The notes: generated by a model not told the origin, from the letters alone. A stretch of 64,000 bases of DNA from Eledone cirrhosa (GCA_964016885.1 OZ024740.1:167338001-167402000); one strand, 5' to 3'. Positions 12,448 through 29,874 are shown, counted from the stretch's first letter. A program made the numbers and translations.

Positions 12448-12952
12448 CTGTTGTTGTTATCCGGATGATCATTGTTCTTCGTTCAATTTTCCTTTGTTTT
12501 CTCAATAATGTTTTATGAATTCGTGACTCCATAAATTAGCTCTAAAACCATCATTAGGACATGGATTGTTCTCGATAATTAAACAATAAATCAAGATACA
12601 AGTTGAATACATTGAATACATTTCGAATAATTCCTGGTTGTCATTTTACCGAATTGACTTTTAGAAGAGAGTGACGTAACGGTGTTGTCTGTATGTTGTT
12701 CTTTCTATATGTTGTTTATATAGTTGTTTCTATTGCCATACTTTTCACATTTGTTTTTATCTCTTTTATGTTTCTATTAGTTTTGTTTAAGTTTAATTTA
12801 TCTTAGTTCTGTTATGTTTTGTGTCGTTTATTCCTTTATTTCACTTCTTTCTTTTGTGTTTGTGTTAATGTTGTTTGTAGATCGTTAACTTGTCACGTTA
12901 AGTAGGAGAACAGGATAGTCATAATGTAGAAGTGTTGAACAACAAATAAGGA

Positions 12953-13078
12953 AAGAAGAAGAAGAAGAAGAAGAAGAAGAAGAAGAAGAAGAAGAAGAAG
13001 AAGAAGAAGAAGAAGAAGAAAAATAAGAAGAAGAAAAAGAAGAAGAAGAAGAAGAAGAAGAAGAAGAAGAAGAAGAAG
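12953..13078. repeat. (GAA)n microsatellite
   Basis: Direct reading of a long gaa tract. Confidence 0.95.
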
Positions 13079-14099
13079 GCAGAGGAGGAGGATATCGAGA
13101 ACTCAATTTCGACTGATGTTTTACAATTGAAGGGACATTATGTAGACGAACGATGTAAATGAAATTGACAGAACTACAGACATAAACAATATAGAGACAA
13201 AGTTAGGGAGACAGAGAAGCAAATGAGACAGCGAAACAATTCGCCAATGAAACTGGGTTAGAAGAGAGAAAGAAAACTATACTCGTCAAATAAAACAACC
13301 ATAAAGAATTGTAAGAGAAAAATACAATTAATAAATAAATACAGATTCTAAAGTATGAATTAAAAAATTGCATGTACTAGTGCGTTCGTATGTGTGTGCA
13401 TGTGTATGCTTGTCTGATCCATACTGTTTCAGTATCTCTATTTACAACGTGTGTATGCCTTTAATCCGCACACCGGTGTGTTTGTGTGTGCGTGCGTGTT
13501 TGTGAGTACGTATGTGTGTGCGGGGTGTTTGTGCGCGTATTTGAGTTTAAAAAAAAAATAAAAGTGACGGAGAGAGTTTCTTTATACACAACCTTGTATT
13601 TTATTTATAGAAAGACTGAAAAAAAAAGAAGAAAAGAAGACTGAGAAAGAAAACGCAAACATTGATCGTTTTTAAAGCCTAATGTAAAAATAGTGAAGCA
13701 ATCAAATTTTTATTGTTTTCTGTTTGACTGAATTGATCCCTAACGTATGCTTTACTTCAATGTCACTTAGAATTGTGATTGCAGGATTATTGTTTGAGTC
13801 TTTCACTATTTTTGATTATGTCAAACTCGAGAGACATTTGATATTGTTTTAATGACAAATAAGGCAAGACAGGAAAACATTTTACAAATTTTAAGATTTT
13901 ATTTAGGGAAATGTCAGGAAGAAAGTTTCTTATTTTTGCATATATTCAATACGCAAGGCAGATTTTTCTCACATTTCATAAATCCCGATCACATTCTTCA
14001 GTTTTTGTTTCATATCAAGTGCATTTTATAAGTTGTCGGCAGAGATCTTCTGCTAGAGAAAGGATTGCAGGTGGTTAATTGTGATACGGTCACAAGATA

Positions 14100-14705
14100 T
14101 GATGGCTAGTTGCGTTATAAGCGGGGCACTGCCGGAATTATAAGCAGCCCCGGACTAACATTGGTAAACTACTAGGGGAGATGGAGCAATGGGTAAGACC
14201 TGTAACTCCTAAGAAAACACTTACAATCCAGTGACGTAGCAAGATGAGGCGAGTAAAGGCTGCCTCTTAAAATGCCTAGTCTTGACGGGTTTGACAAAGT
14301 ACTAGGTTGGTAATTTTCGATAATAAGACCACTGAAACTGAAACTGCGTTGGTCATTCGAACTGTCATGTAAGGTGAAGGATGGACACACAAAGATTGCG
14401 TATCCCGAGACCCCAATGTGGGTTTGGAAGGGAACATACTTTAACAGATGGAAACTGGAACATCACAACCCTCACATGTAAGGAGCAGGAACTGGTGAAA
14501 TAGGTTAGATGCTAACGGCTAGATACGGTGTAGGCCCTGATTTAGATGGCAGATGGACGCCCCACTATTCAAGTGTGGCTCCTGAAATGACTGCACAGGT
14601 GGGAGTTGGGTTACTCACCATCCCCCCGCTGTCAGAACGTGCTATTGACTGGAACCTGTCAGGAGAGAATATCTGCCTCTTGAAACTTAGCAAAAACGAT
14701 AACTG
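14100..14705 (+). mobile_element. Degenerate 5' UTR and APE N-terminus of an RTE/CR1-like LINE
   Basis: GC-richer island; ggaaactggaacatcacaaccctcacatgtaaggagcaggaactggtg encodes an APE-start-like WNITTLTCKEQELV; later YSSVAPEMTAQVGVGLL resembles the APE 'GVG' motif. Confidence 0.55.
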
Positions 14706-14733
14706 ATGTACTACTTTATGCTTATATATGTCG

Positions 14734-14798
<65 letters not shown>

Positions 14799-15826
14799 AA
14801 TCTTCAACAACGAAAATGAGATAAAATTTGTTGAATAACGACATTTTAATAAAAATTCGCTTCTATTTCTAGCAAGTCAAATACCCACACATTAGCTATC
14901 TTTTGTTTCGGGTGGAAGATTACACTCGACCACGCTGGGAATTAAAATCACACTGAGAATATTAAAACTAACTATTGGTTATTTAGACACTTGTTTTACA
15001 CTTTCAGGCAATTTTCAACATAATATTTACTATCAGCAGCCAACGAAGGACCCTGAATGAGGCAGTCAATCTGCCGCATATCACAGACATATCTACCTCA
15101 AATACACACTGCAACGTAAACTAGGATATATCCGGTGAATAACGCAGAATGAAAGGGCAAGATTATCGCGGTTAAGACAACTTTAGTCATATTATCTGAT
15201 TTGTGTCGTCTGAGCTAGGACTAAACAAATACCAAACTCAACAAACTTACTTGGCTGCCTCTATATCATGAGCCAATATTTTAGAGCTGGCAGTAGAATT
15301 TTGCTCATAGCACGCCCCACAATGACCAGAAACATTGGATAATGAAATCCGGTATGCCTGCAATAAAACGAAAGCGAGATAAGATTTGGTGAATATTTTG
15401 TTCATGCTGAATGGTCTGTTCATTAAAAAATTACCTGCATCTATTCAAACACAGCCACACCGGAAATATATGTTATTATTTTGTAAAATCAATCTATGGT
15501 ATTAGTTGTAAGAAAGAAACTGAATAAATTTACAAAACACAATTTGAATCCAGTTTAATGATGTATGATCTTATCCTATCACGTTTTTACTTCACTTGGC
15601 TGAATTTAAGTCTATGTTGGTTCTGTGAGTATTTCAGGACCGTTGATGGATTTTAAAATAGATATTATTTAATTGTAGCGTTTCACCTGCATAGATGATA
15701 ATTTATCTTTAAATATATTGCCATTTATTGTTTGTGCGTTAGTTACAATTGTTTTATTCTTATTTCCCTATTTTTCATTTATATATTTATTTGTATAGAG
15801 TAAAACTTGTATTTGACGTGTCATTT

Positions 15827-19890
<4,064 letters not shown>

Positions 19891-19981
19891 CTTTTTTGTT
19901 CCAGAACCTAAATTGCCAATTATCTCTTTTATATTGTTCTGGAACATCATTGAATTGGAAAAAAAAAAAAAAAAAAAAAAA

Positions 19982-19983
<2 letters not shown>

Positions 19984-20040
<57 letters not shown>
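19984..20040. repeat. (TAA)n tract preceding the Dong/R4 element (after an A-run)
   Basis: Direct reading. Confidence 0.95.
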
Positions 20041-20041
<1 letters not shown>

Positions 20042-23000
20042 TGATCAGATCAAGCTATTAGCACAAAGTCAGCGAAGGGAAAATTAAACATGTGTCAGTG
20101 AAAACGAGGTAAACTGTAACACTTCGAATCCCAGGGTTGGGGCGGAATCACTGGCAACAGAACAAATTAAAGAAAGGATCGAAAAAGTGGAGGGAGTGCA
20201 TGCTCAGAATGAAACTCCAAATGAAAATAATGAGATCGTAAATGATAAAGAAATGAATGAGAATGAACTTGCCAACTTGAAGGATGAAATTATGATCGAA
20301 TGGATGAAAATGAAAGAATCTGACATGGGGCAACGAGACACCCTCCCTAAGATCCAGAACTCCAAACAGAACCAAAAGATAATACACAAGACTAACATAA
20401 TTCTCAAAAACATTATCATCACAAACAAACTAAACATTACTGATTTAAATCATCTCTATTATGCATCGGCTAAAGTCACCACTCACTTATGTGGAGTGAA
20501 GATGAAAAAACAAAGGAATTCCCACAAGAAATCTACTTGGCAAGAGAACATCAATCGCCAAATAAACCTTCTCCGATCTGACATAGAAATTTTAACAAAC
20601 TATAAAGTAGGTGAACATGTTAAACAAACTAAACTTAGAAAATTGAAAAAAGAATACAGTATAAAATCAACATGTGACATAGACATGCTGATAGAAATAA
20701 TCAAGCAAAAAGTGTCGGCCAAAGCTGCTCGTATAAGGCGCTTTGAAAAACGATATAGATTCTATAAGGACAAATTCTATATGTTCAAAACAACCAAAGA
20801 AACTTCTACAGAAAAATTGGTAAGTCAACAATAACTGCTAAATCAATACCACCCAAAGAGGAAGTGCAAGAATTCTGGGAAAAGATCTGGGCCGAAGAAA
20901 AAGTTCATAACATACATGCCCCATGGATAGACAGACAAATGAAAGATACAGCTCACCTTGAGGAACAAACATGGGAAAATATAACAGTTGAACAGTTGCG
21001 CTTGGCTCTAAGAAAAACCAGCAAATGGAAATCCCCAGGAAAAGACAAAATACAAAACTTTTGGATAAATGCCTTCACAGAGTCTCATGAGCTGTTAGCC
21101 CAACTTTACAATGAAATAGTTAAGGAGCCAGAAAAGATACCTTCATGGCTAGTTAACGGCATTACATTCCTGCTTCCGAAGAATGATGAGACAAACAATC
21201 CCAAAAATTACAGACCGATAACTTGCTTGACCACAATGTATAAAATTTTAACATCAGTCCTAACTGAATACACTTATAACTACCTGATAACAAATGACCA
21301 ATTTCCCATTGAGCAGAAAGGGTGTAAACCAGGCTCATATGGCTGTAAGGATCAGCTTCTGGTTAACAAAATGATACTGGAAGATTGTCATAATAGACAC
21401 AAAAATCTATCGATTGCTTGGATAGATTATAAAAAAGCATTCGATAGTTTGCCACACAGTTGGATTGAAAAATGTTTAGAGATTTTCAAAATATCCCCCG
21501 TTGTCAGGAGGTTTTTTTCATTCAGTATGAAGACATGGAAAACGACACTCCTTTTGAATAGTGAAACAAAATCACTGGAAGCTGGAGAAGTTAATATTAA
21601 TTGTGGAATTTTTCAGGGTGACTCTTTATCACCGCTTTTATTCTGCATCGTACTTATACCATTAAGTAAAATTCTCAATGAAACAAAACATGGATATAAA
21701 GTCTATGACAAAACCATTAATCACCTGTTCTACATGGATGACCTGAAACTATTTGCAAAAAATGATGAACAATTGCAAGGGCTATTATCCACTGTGAAGC
21801 AGTTCAGTGATGACGTTAACATGGAGTTTGGACTAGATAAATGCGCCAAAGCAACGTTCACCAGAGGAAATCTGCTGAAGAGTTCAGACATTAATCTTGA
21901 TCGGGGGAACGTGATAAGAGAACTTGATCAAGAAAAAACTTACAAATATCTAGGTGTTTGTGAAGGAGACGGAATCAAAAACTCGACAATGAGGGAAAGG
22001 ATAAGGAAGGAATGTTACCGCAGAGTAAGAGCAATCTTAAGAACGGAATTGAATGCAAGGAATAGGATCGATGCCATAAACACGCTTGCCATACCAGTAG
22101 TAACCTACAGTTACAATGTCATCAACTGGTCAAGCACAGAGATCCGTAGGATCGAAAATTCTTAACTATGTACAGAATGCATCACCCTAAGGCAGATATA
22201 GATAGAATATATCTCCCTAGGAAAGAAGGAGGACGTGGGTTAATCCAGTTAGACATTGCGTTGAAAACTGCAACAATTGGATTATCTACATATCTAAGGG
22301 AATCACATGATTGGATGATCAAACTCGTTTTGAAACACGAAAGCATCAAAAGATCATATTCCATTACAAAAGATGCACAAAGATACAGTAATGGACTACA
22401 AATTTCAGAAGTCCCATTTACTGCTGAAATGGAAAACACAGAAAAACAAAGCAGGTAAAAGTAACTGCAAAGAAAGAACTGCTACAGAAACTGGCTAAGA
22501 AATGGCAAGAAAAGCCTCTGTATGGAAAATACCCAGAGCGAGCTAACAATCCTGATGTTGACAAAACTTTAACCCATCAGTGGTTGGCATCCTCTGGACT
22601 GAAATCGGAGACTGAAGGACTGATTATATCGGCAACAAAAAATTACCAAGCCAACATAATAAAAAATGGGTGCAGCCCATTATGCCGAGTATGCAAAAAA
22701 CAACCAGAGACCATTGACCATATAATTTCAATGTGCAGTCCTATAGCTCCAACCGAATACCTAAACAGGCATGACAGAGCTGCACAATACATACATTGGA
22801 TAATGTGTAAGCATTTTGACCTGCCCCAACAAAAGAATTGGTGGGAGCATCAACCACCTCCCATACTTGAAAAAGATCACATCTCAATCTTGTGGAACTT
22901 TAGCATCCAAACAGACCGAAAAATAGATGCAAACAGACCTGATATAATATTGAAAGACTTTCAAAAGAGGGTATGCCTGCTAATTGATATGTCTGTTCCA

Positions 23001-23393
23001 ATAGACAAGAATGTATCTATAAAAACATTTGAAAAATTGAGCAAGTATAAGGACCTGGAGATAGAAATTGGAAAAATGTGGAAATTGAGAACTAAAACAA
23101 TACCAGTGGTTGTAGGCGCTCTGGGAATGATACCTAAAGGGTCTAATGATTACTTATCGCAAATCCCAGGAAACCCGCGTATAGGAGAAATACAAAAGAT
23201 AGTACTAATGGGAACTGCCTATATACTAAGGAAGATTCTGTCAATATAAGTACATCACAAGTCTAAACACTAAAGATGCATGTATGAATATGTATGTTCT
23301 TTCTTGAACATGGCGGACCTTGTTGTCTCTGCAGGTCACTGGTTGAGACTTGGTGATAACTCGTATGAACATAAAGCAAGATAAATGCAACTG
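20041..23393 (+). mobile_element. 5'-truncated Dong/R4-clade RLE retrotransposon (RT - CCHC - RLE) inserted in (TAA)n
   Basis: ORFs 20187..20834, 20864..22165 (YRPITCL, IDYKKAFD, QGDSLSP, YMDD), 22168..22458 and 22584..23249 (CRVC-X8-H-X4-C, RPDII..D..K). (TAA)n on both sides (to 20040; 23394-23412), the known Dong-type target. Confidence 0.93.
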
Positions 23394-23846
23394 TAATAAT
23401 AATAATAATAATAGTACACTATTAATAATTATTAATGCACTCGTGCAATGCCTGTGCGTGACGAATATTTTTAATGTGTGGAAAGACTGTGCACTGAGCC
23501 AATCCCACTCTCTGAGCGACAGTAGCTATAACCCGAAAAGAAGAAAAGATCAACATCATCGGTAACTACTGAGCCGCAGGTTTTATGTCGGAGTTAAGCC
23601 AGTTTCCTGAGATGCATTCTCCTAGAAGAATGCCCTGACAAGTGCTAGGGGTTCTTCACTCCCAGTGGTTTAACTGCGCCACCGGCCATCCAGCCCGATT
23701 ATTTCTATGTCCCCGCGCGCGCAAAAAAAAAAAAAAAAATCACTTATTGACACTTATACGTACGACATACACATACGCGCATACACATGCGCGCACACAG
23801 CAACACTCATACATACAAACAAACACACACGCTACTCTACTCATTT

Positions 23847-23900
<54 letters not shown>

Positions 23901-24044
23901 CCGTCATTACTGATACAAGATTACAAGATTATGTCAACTGTTGACTTTCAAGAGTTTGTATAGTTGAAGCCGATCGTACTACAGTCCAGTATTATTATAA
24001 TTGCTTTACAGCGGGTTTTGAGCTCAGAGCGTGGAAGGCCGTCA

Positions 24045-24083
<39 letters not shown>

Positions 24084-24185
24084 AGTATTGAAATTTCCGT
24101 TGGAAACAGAAAAGGTCATAGAAGTGAAGAGTGCTCTATGTAAGTAACAGAGCAAAATTTAATGTATAAAAATCAATACAATATA

Positions 24186-24263
24186 ATTACCTCATTACCA
24201 GAGGTTTCCCGAATGAGGCGAATACGAAAGAAACGTCTTCATTCGTTCGTCAGACGAGGCAAT
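24186..24263 (-). ncRNA. Type I hammerhead ribozyme, probably in the 3' region of the adjacent Penelope element
   Basis: Reverse complement: attgcctcgt CTGACGA a cgaatga..tcattcg g GAA acc tct ggt A atgaggtaat. Stem I is 10 bp (2 GU), stem II 7 bp, stem III short, GUA triplet; the stem II closing pair is mismatched. Confidence 0.7.
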
Positions 24264-25021
24264 ATAAAACATGGGTAAATACTTAGAAAAACTCATCAAG
24301 AAAGTCAAAAAAAAAAAAAAAAAAAAAAAGATATAGACAAATTAAAATATATAAAAATCTATCAAGAAATATAGTTAGGTGTGTGTATATGTATGTATAT
24401 ACGCTCACAGATGTGCATATATGTGTATGCACATATGTATACGTATAGTGAAAAAGTGTGTGTAAATCTAAAATTTAGGGCAAATGTATCTGTATGTCTG
24501 TAATCTACAGACAGAATAGTTACATCATAAGTATATGAATATGAAGGCGCGCGCATAAAAACACCTACACACTCGTACACTTAGATGCGGAAGTAAAAGA
24601 GGTAAGGGAGTGTAATAATTAAAGGAAAGTATCAATATCGATATATTTATAAAAATGGAACAATTCTTTAGAAAGAAAAAATTTAAGAAAGAAAAAATTA
24701 AAGAAAAGAAGACAAAAAAAGGTACATACATACACAGACACGCATGTCTCACAAAAGAAACGCAAAAATATACATTCTTATATACACACGCGCATTTACA
24801 CATCCATACGTTCGATACGTACATACACACACACACACACACATACTTACACTCACAAATATTGAGTTGTTTGCATGCACACGCATAAAAATGAGTAAGT
24901 AAAAAAAAGGGGGGGGGGAGAAAAAAGGAACAAAACATAAAACCGAGATGTCAAAAACACGGATATAAAGACACATACACATACGCATAATATATACACA
25001 CACACACACACACACATATAT

Positions 25022-25058
<37 letters not shown>

Positions 25059-25464
25059 CACGCACGCGCGCGCACATACGTAGTCACTCATGTACATATA
25101 TGAAAGTATACACACATTAAGGCGTTCAGCCATATTGATACAGGGTGTAAAAAACTTGTGGATAAGTAAGTACAAATATAAAATTGTAAGATTGGCAGCG
25201 CAAAAATAAAAAAATAAAAATAAAAATGAAAAATATATCTGGATTGAAAAACACAAAAGACATGTGTAATCAGTTAGTGGAGGAAAAAGGGAAGTAAAAA
25301 AAGGGGAAGTAAAAAATGGAAAGTGAATCGGAGAATAAAGGGAGGGGGGGTTGGTGGATGTGAAGTAAAAATAAAAAAATAAGAGTAAAAATAAATGAAA
25401 TTATTGACAAGGATAAAAATGAAAGTAAGTCAGAAAGGGTAATTAAAAAGAGAATAATAAGAGT

Positions 25465-26975
25465 TTATGGGGGATAAGTATCTGAAAGTGTGTTAAGTTT
25501 ATATGAGCTGGAAAGCAGGTGTGATTTCATGTGTGGGCAACTGGTGAAAAGTTCCGTCTTTGTGTTCAGGCAGGTCTTTGGTGATTTCAGATTTTGCAAT
25601 ATCCAATATTTTTCATTTATGCAGAGCGTGCATTTTCTTGTTCCTCTAGCATATTCTTTAGATTGGTTCAAAATTGACCAATCCATTTATATTGGATGCC
25701 TTGGTCTTTCAAATCCCAAATTCTGCTAGCCAGAGCTGTTGTAAATCTTTTTTCTGGATGTCGAAAGGATGCGACATGTGAGTAATAACGCGTTTTGAAT
25801 TTGTCTTGCGTCATACCCACATATCGTTCACTGGTGGCTGGATGGTTGTTGCTGATGGTTGTCACTTTAGCCGCATATACAATGGCTTTGGTGTTGCATT
25901 TACCTTGTAATGGGCATTCACTTTTGATTCTACAGGAGCAAGTTTGATTTTCTCTAGGTGATATTTTGTTGAGGATATAGGACTTAATAGGGGGACCGCA
26001 GGAATAGCTAATTTTAACACAGTTTCTGTTAAAGATCTTATAGTATCTATGTGTTCTAGGGAAATGTTTATCTAGGAGCTCAAGGAATTTTTTGCCTACA
26101 TTAGTTTTAACTGCTAGAGAGTAGGGGGGGGGGGGTGAACCAGTTTATTTTTCTTTTCCTATTTTTATGTTTAATAGAGTTAGTATAGTTAGGTATGTAT
26201 TTAATCGGTTCGCTAAAACCGCTATTTTGGAGGTGGAGGGCTTTATTATAGTAGGGGGATGCCTTATTAAAAATAGCTTCTGAGGAAGAGAGGGTGGAGA
26301 TCCTACGGCTAATATTAGGGATAAGGTTTTTAAAAACTATAGGTGGATGGCAAGATCCTTTATTTATATATTTTAAGTTTTCATTAGGTTTATGGTATGG
26401 TTTATAAGAAGCAGTAGGCAAATCTAGGTTTATATCTAGGAAATCTACGTTGGAAAGGTTAGTGTCAATAGTAATTTTAAGATTAAAACTAGCGAAGGTT
26501 TTTATTAAGTCTTTCCTTAATCTATCTAAGTTATGGCCTATGGTGGTATGGGAAAGTATTAGACCATCGTCGCGATAAAGCCCAAAAATATGGTTAGGAA
26601 ATTTTTCTTTAAGTGTATGTAAGAGGAATAGGTCGACCAGATCACAAACATCGGCACTGTCGTAAGAGCCCATTGAGACATCGAATGGGTTCTCTGGGTT
26701 AGATATTTTTACCCAAGTGTCATTATCATTAACAAGTAGAGTGTTCCTAGCATGCAAGATGACATTCTCTTCAATATCGGAGATATTAGTAAACCCTCTA
26801 GCGAAATTTAAAGCTTTCACTAAAAGGGTCTGAGTAATAGATGGGTAGAAATCTACAATGTCAAATTGGGTGAATCTAGAACTGATTTTGTTTTTAATAT
26901 TATTAAACCAACGTACTACTGTTTTTAATATTATTAAATAACCAATGTACTACTGTTTTTAATATTATTAAACCA
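25465..26975 (-). mobile_element. Penelope-like element (RT + GIY-YIG endonuclease), 5'-truncated and frameshifted
   Basis: ORF 26107..26820 has MGSYDSADVCDL...GLYRDDGL...VDFLDINLDL. Downstream frames give VYAAKV/ERYVGMTQDKFKTRYYSH and CTLCINEK...CPH, typical of Penelope GIY-YIG domains. Confidence 0.88.
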
Positions 26976-27372
26976 ATGTCTTTAGATAAAAATAACAGGT
27001 CCATTCATATATATATATATATATATATATGAATGGACCTGTTATTTTTATCTAAAGACATTTTCTCATTCTTTCTGCTGATGAAGGACTAGGGTTCGAA
27101 ACGTTAAGTCCCTCTTCTTGCTATTTCAATCGTTGACCTAATATAATCCTTCCATATATGGTGTACCGATCGTGTTGTTATTTCTATTTACCTTTTACAT
27201 ATATATATGTTTGGTGGCTACAAACAAATTCCAAAATACGGGCGCGAATTTTAATGTACTTGTTCACGTGACAGTCATAATTTCATTTATAACCGTTTTT
27301 TTTTGATTCTGTAAAAAAATCTAACTTTCTAATATAAATATATGGTGCGTTATGGTCCAGCTGGTTCCTTAC

Positions 27373-27406
<34 letters not shown>

Positions 27407-28037
27407 ATGAAGGAAATGTGGTAAGGAACCTAGCAGGACCATAACGCACCAGAATACTCAATACTTAGGGTAGTAGAGTGGGTAATAGGAAGAAATAGCC
27501 GTCGAAACGGCTTGAGCTCTGCCGTCGGGGTTAAATGTTTTCCTATATATATATTTCTCCATTTCTCCCCGCTATGTTTTCTCTCTCTTACTCATTCTCT
27601 CTATGATTGTCTTTCTGCCATCTACTTTAATGTATATTCAACTACTTACTCTCACTCAATAGTTATATTTAACTCTTATCTAAATGATTTTCCTTCTTTC
27701 CCGCTTATGACTATTTATATAGCTATTATTTATATTTCTTTAAGTAGGTAGACCAAATGAAGACTTGCAAACGTATAGGTATAATCATCATTTTCTGGAG
27801 ACGAACATTCTGGAGACGTTGATATTATAATGCCGACTTCACGGTTTAGCGAAGAATGTTTACTTTACATCACAATCTCAACATATATAGATGTTTATTT
27901 TATAATGAATAATCTGTGAACAAATAATTACTTATGGAAATTAAATTAATAGGGTTGGGCATATTCTAACGTCTAATGACTATATAGATCTTTCAACCAT
28001 ATTTTTCTTCATGGGCAGTCCAAAGGTTGTCTATATT

Positions 28038-28110
28038 TAATTGTTTCTACTTTTGGCACAAGGCCAGCAATTATCCAGTGCATTACTGGTACTTTATTTT
28101 ATCGACCCCG
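28038..28110 (-). mobile_element. 3' fragment of the tRNA-derived SINE family seen at 32041
   Basis: Reverse complement of ggggtcgataaaataaagtaccagtaatg...gctggccttgtgccaaaagtagaaacaatt. Confidence 0.8.
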
Positions 28111-28459
28111 ATATTTAATGAGACCCAAACACGATTTGAAATCGGTCTGGCACGACAGTTTTCCTATCTATGAAGAGAAGAAAGAACTTACTAAAACTTG
28201 TTTGTTGAAAAAAGAAGTGACATAGTCACTACTTTAAAATAAAAGAGTAATGTCTTTAAAATGTTTTTAATTAAGCATACAGTATATTGCCAAATATACT
28301 ATATATACTTCATATATATATATATATATTAGAAGTGAGGGTTTTTTTTACAAAATGAAAAGTAACCGAGGTGTCCTACACGAATGAAAGTATGAGGAAA
28401 AAAGATGAAATCGAAAATGCAACTGGGCGAAACCGGAACCAAATAAATATACTCTTTTA

Positions 28460-28880
28460 TCTTTTACCTGTTCCAGCCATCCGGCTGAGGCCATGCTGGG
28501 GCAGCGCCCTTGTTGCTACACATTTTATCTCCAGCTCGTATTGGTTGGCCACTGGTGTAAGAGGGAGTTTGTTTCTGCTGCCCTTAGGATTCCCTCGTGT
28601 CTTGCTGTGGGCTCATCCGGGATCCTGGATAGCAAGGTGTCGAGATGTTTCTTGAAGACATCCACCTTCACACCATGCAAATCTCCCTCGGCAGCTTGTT
28701 AAAGAGTTGAGGGCCCTTCAATGCCAAACTATTGTAATATCTGCTCCTTATTCTAGATGTGGAAGACGGGACCTTTGGCACCACACAGTGACGTCCTGTT
28801 CGACGCTTGGTCCAGCTCCCAATGCCAGAGTTTGGTGCTCGTCTCTCCAGGACTTTCCACATGTAGCTCAATGCGTACAT
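28460..28880 (-). mobile_element. 3' fragment of a CR1/L2-group LINE
   Basis: ORF 28668..28880(-) YMWKVLE...GRHCVVPKV...NSLALKGPQLFNKLPREI resembles CR1-group ORF2 C-termini and is followed by a short 3' UTR. Confidence 0.6.
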
Positions 28881-28924
28881 TTAAAAAAAAAGACTCCAGT
28901 TGCATTTTCGATTTCATCTTTTTT

Positions 28925-28979
<55 letters not shown>

Positions 28980-29146
28980 ATAATATGTTGAGAAGGTAAC
29001 ACACCAGAGAGAGATATATAGTGCGTTATCAATAATACAGGGAAAAAACCACCAGTGTATGGAATCTATAACCTATGAAAGGCAGACTATAGACACGATA
29101 ATTAAAAATATAAATTAAAGCGTAAATAAATACCTCTATAACTATA

Positions 29147-29229
29147 TTACACACGTACAAATCCAGAGATATGTTTCGCCAGAGAAATTGTTGAAAGAAA
29201 TGTTAGTCTCGGTTCATCAGCGTGTGTAA
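29147..29229 (-). ncRNA. Type I hammerhead ribozyme (inverted copy)
   Basis: Exact reverse complement of 29792-29874. Confidence 0.75.
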
Positions 29230-29791
29230 GGCTATACATCTCAGACAACACTAAGAGAATTTTACAATTGACTGTCCAGGCACACGTGGGAGAGAGAAGT
29301 CACAGCGTGTTTAAGGGCAGTGAACCAGTGGCCTCTGAGAGACGAACTGCTAGAAAGGGCAGCCCAAAGCCACTCAGAGAAGGGTGCTCAACCAAACAGA
29401 TAGGAAAGGCTGTTGTTAGGAGCGAAATATCACGATGAATTCCCTGTATTATTGATAACGCACTATATATCTCTCTCTGGTGTGTTACCTTCTCAACATA
29501 TTATATTCTAAAGGGCTCAGGATCTCTTCCCCTTTGAGCACATTATTTACAGGGAATAACGACGGCCTATGCCTCCGTTAATTTATCGTGATATTTCGCT
29601 CCTAACAACAGCCTTTCCTATCTGTTTGGTTGAGCACCCTTCTCTGAGTGGCTTTGGGCTGCCCTTTCTAGCAGTTCGTCTCTCAGAGGCCACTGGTTCA
29701 CTGCCCTTAAACACGCTGTGACTTCTCTCTCCCACGTGTGCCTGGACAGTCAATTGTAAAATTCTCTTAGTGTTGTCTGAGATGTATAGCC

Positions 29792-29874
29792 TTACACACG
29801 CTGATGAACCGAGACTAACATTTCTTTCAACAATTTCTCTGGCGAAACATATCTCTGGATTTGTACGTGTGTAA
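29792..29874 (+). ncRNA. Type I hammerhead ribozyme
   Basis: ttacacacg CTGATGA a ccgaga..tctctgg c GAA acatatc tctg gatttgt A cgtgtgtaa: perfect 9-bp stem I, extended stem II (A-C closing), 7-position stem III with one mismatch, GUA triplet at 29863-29865. Confidence 0.75.
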
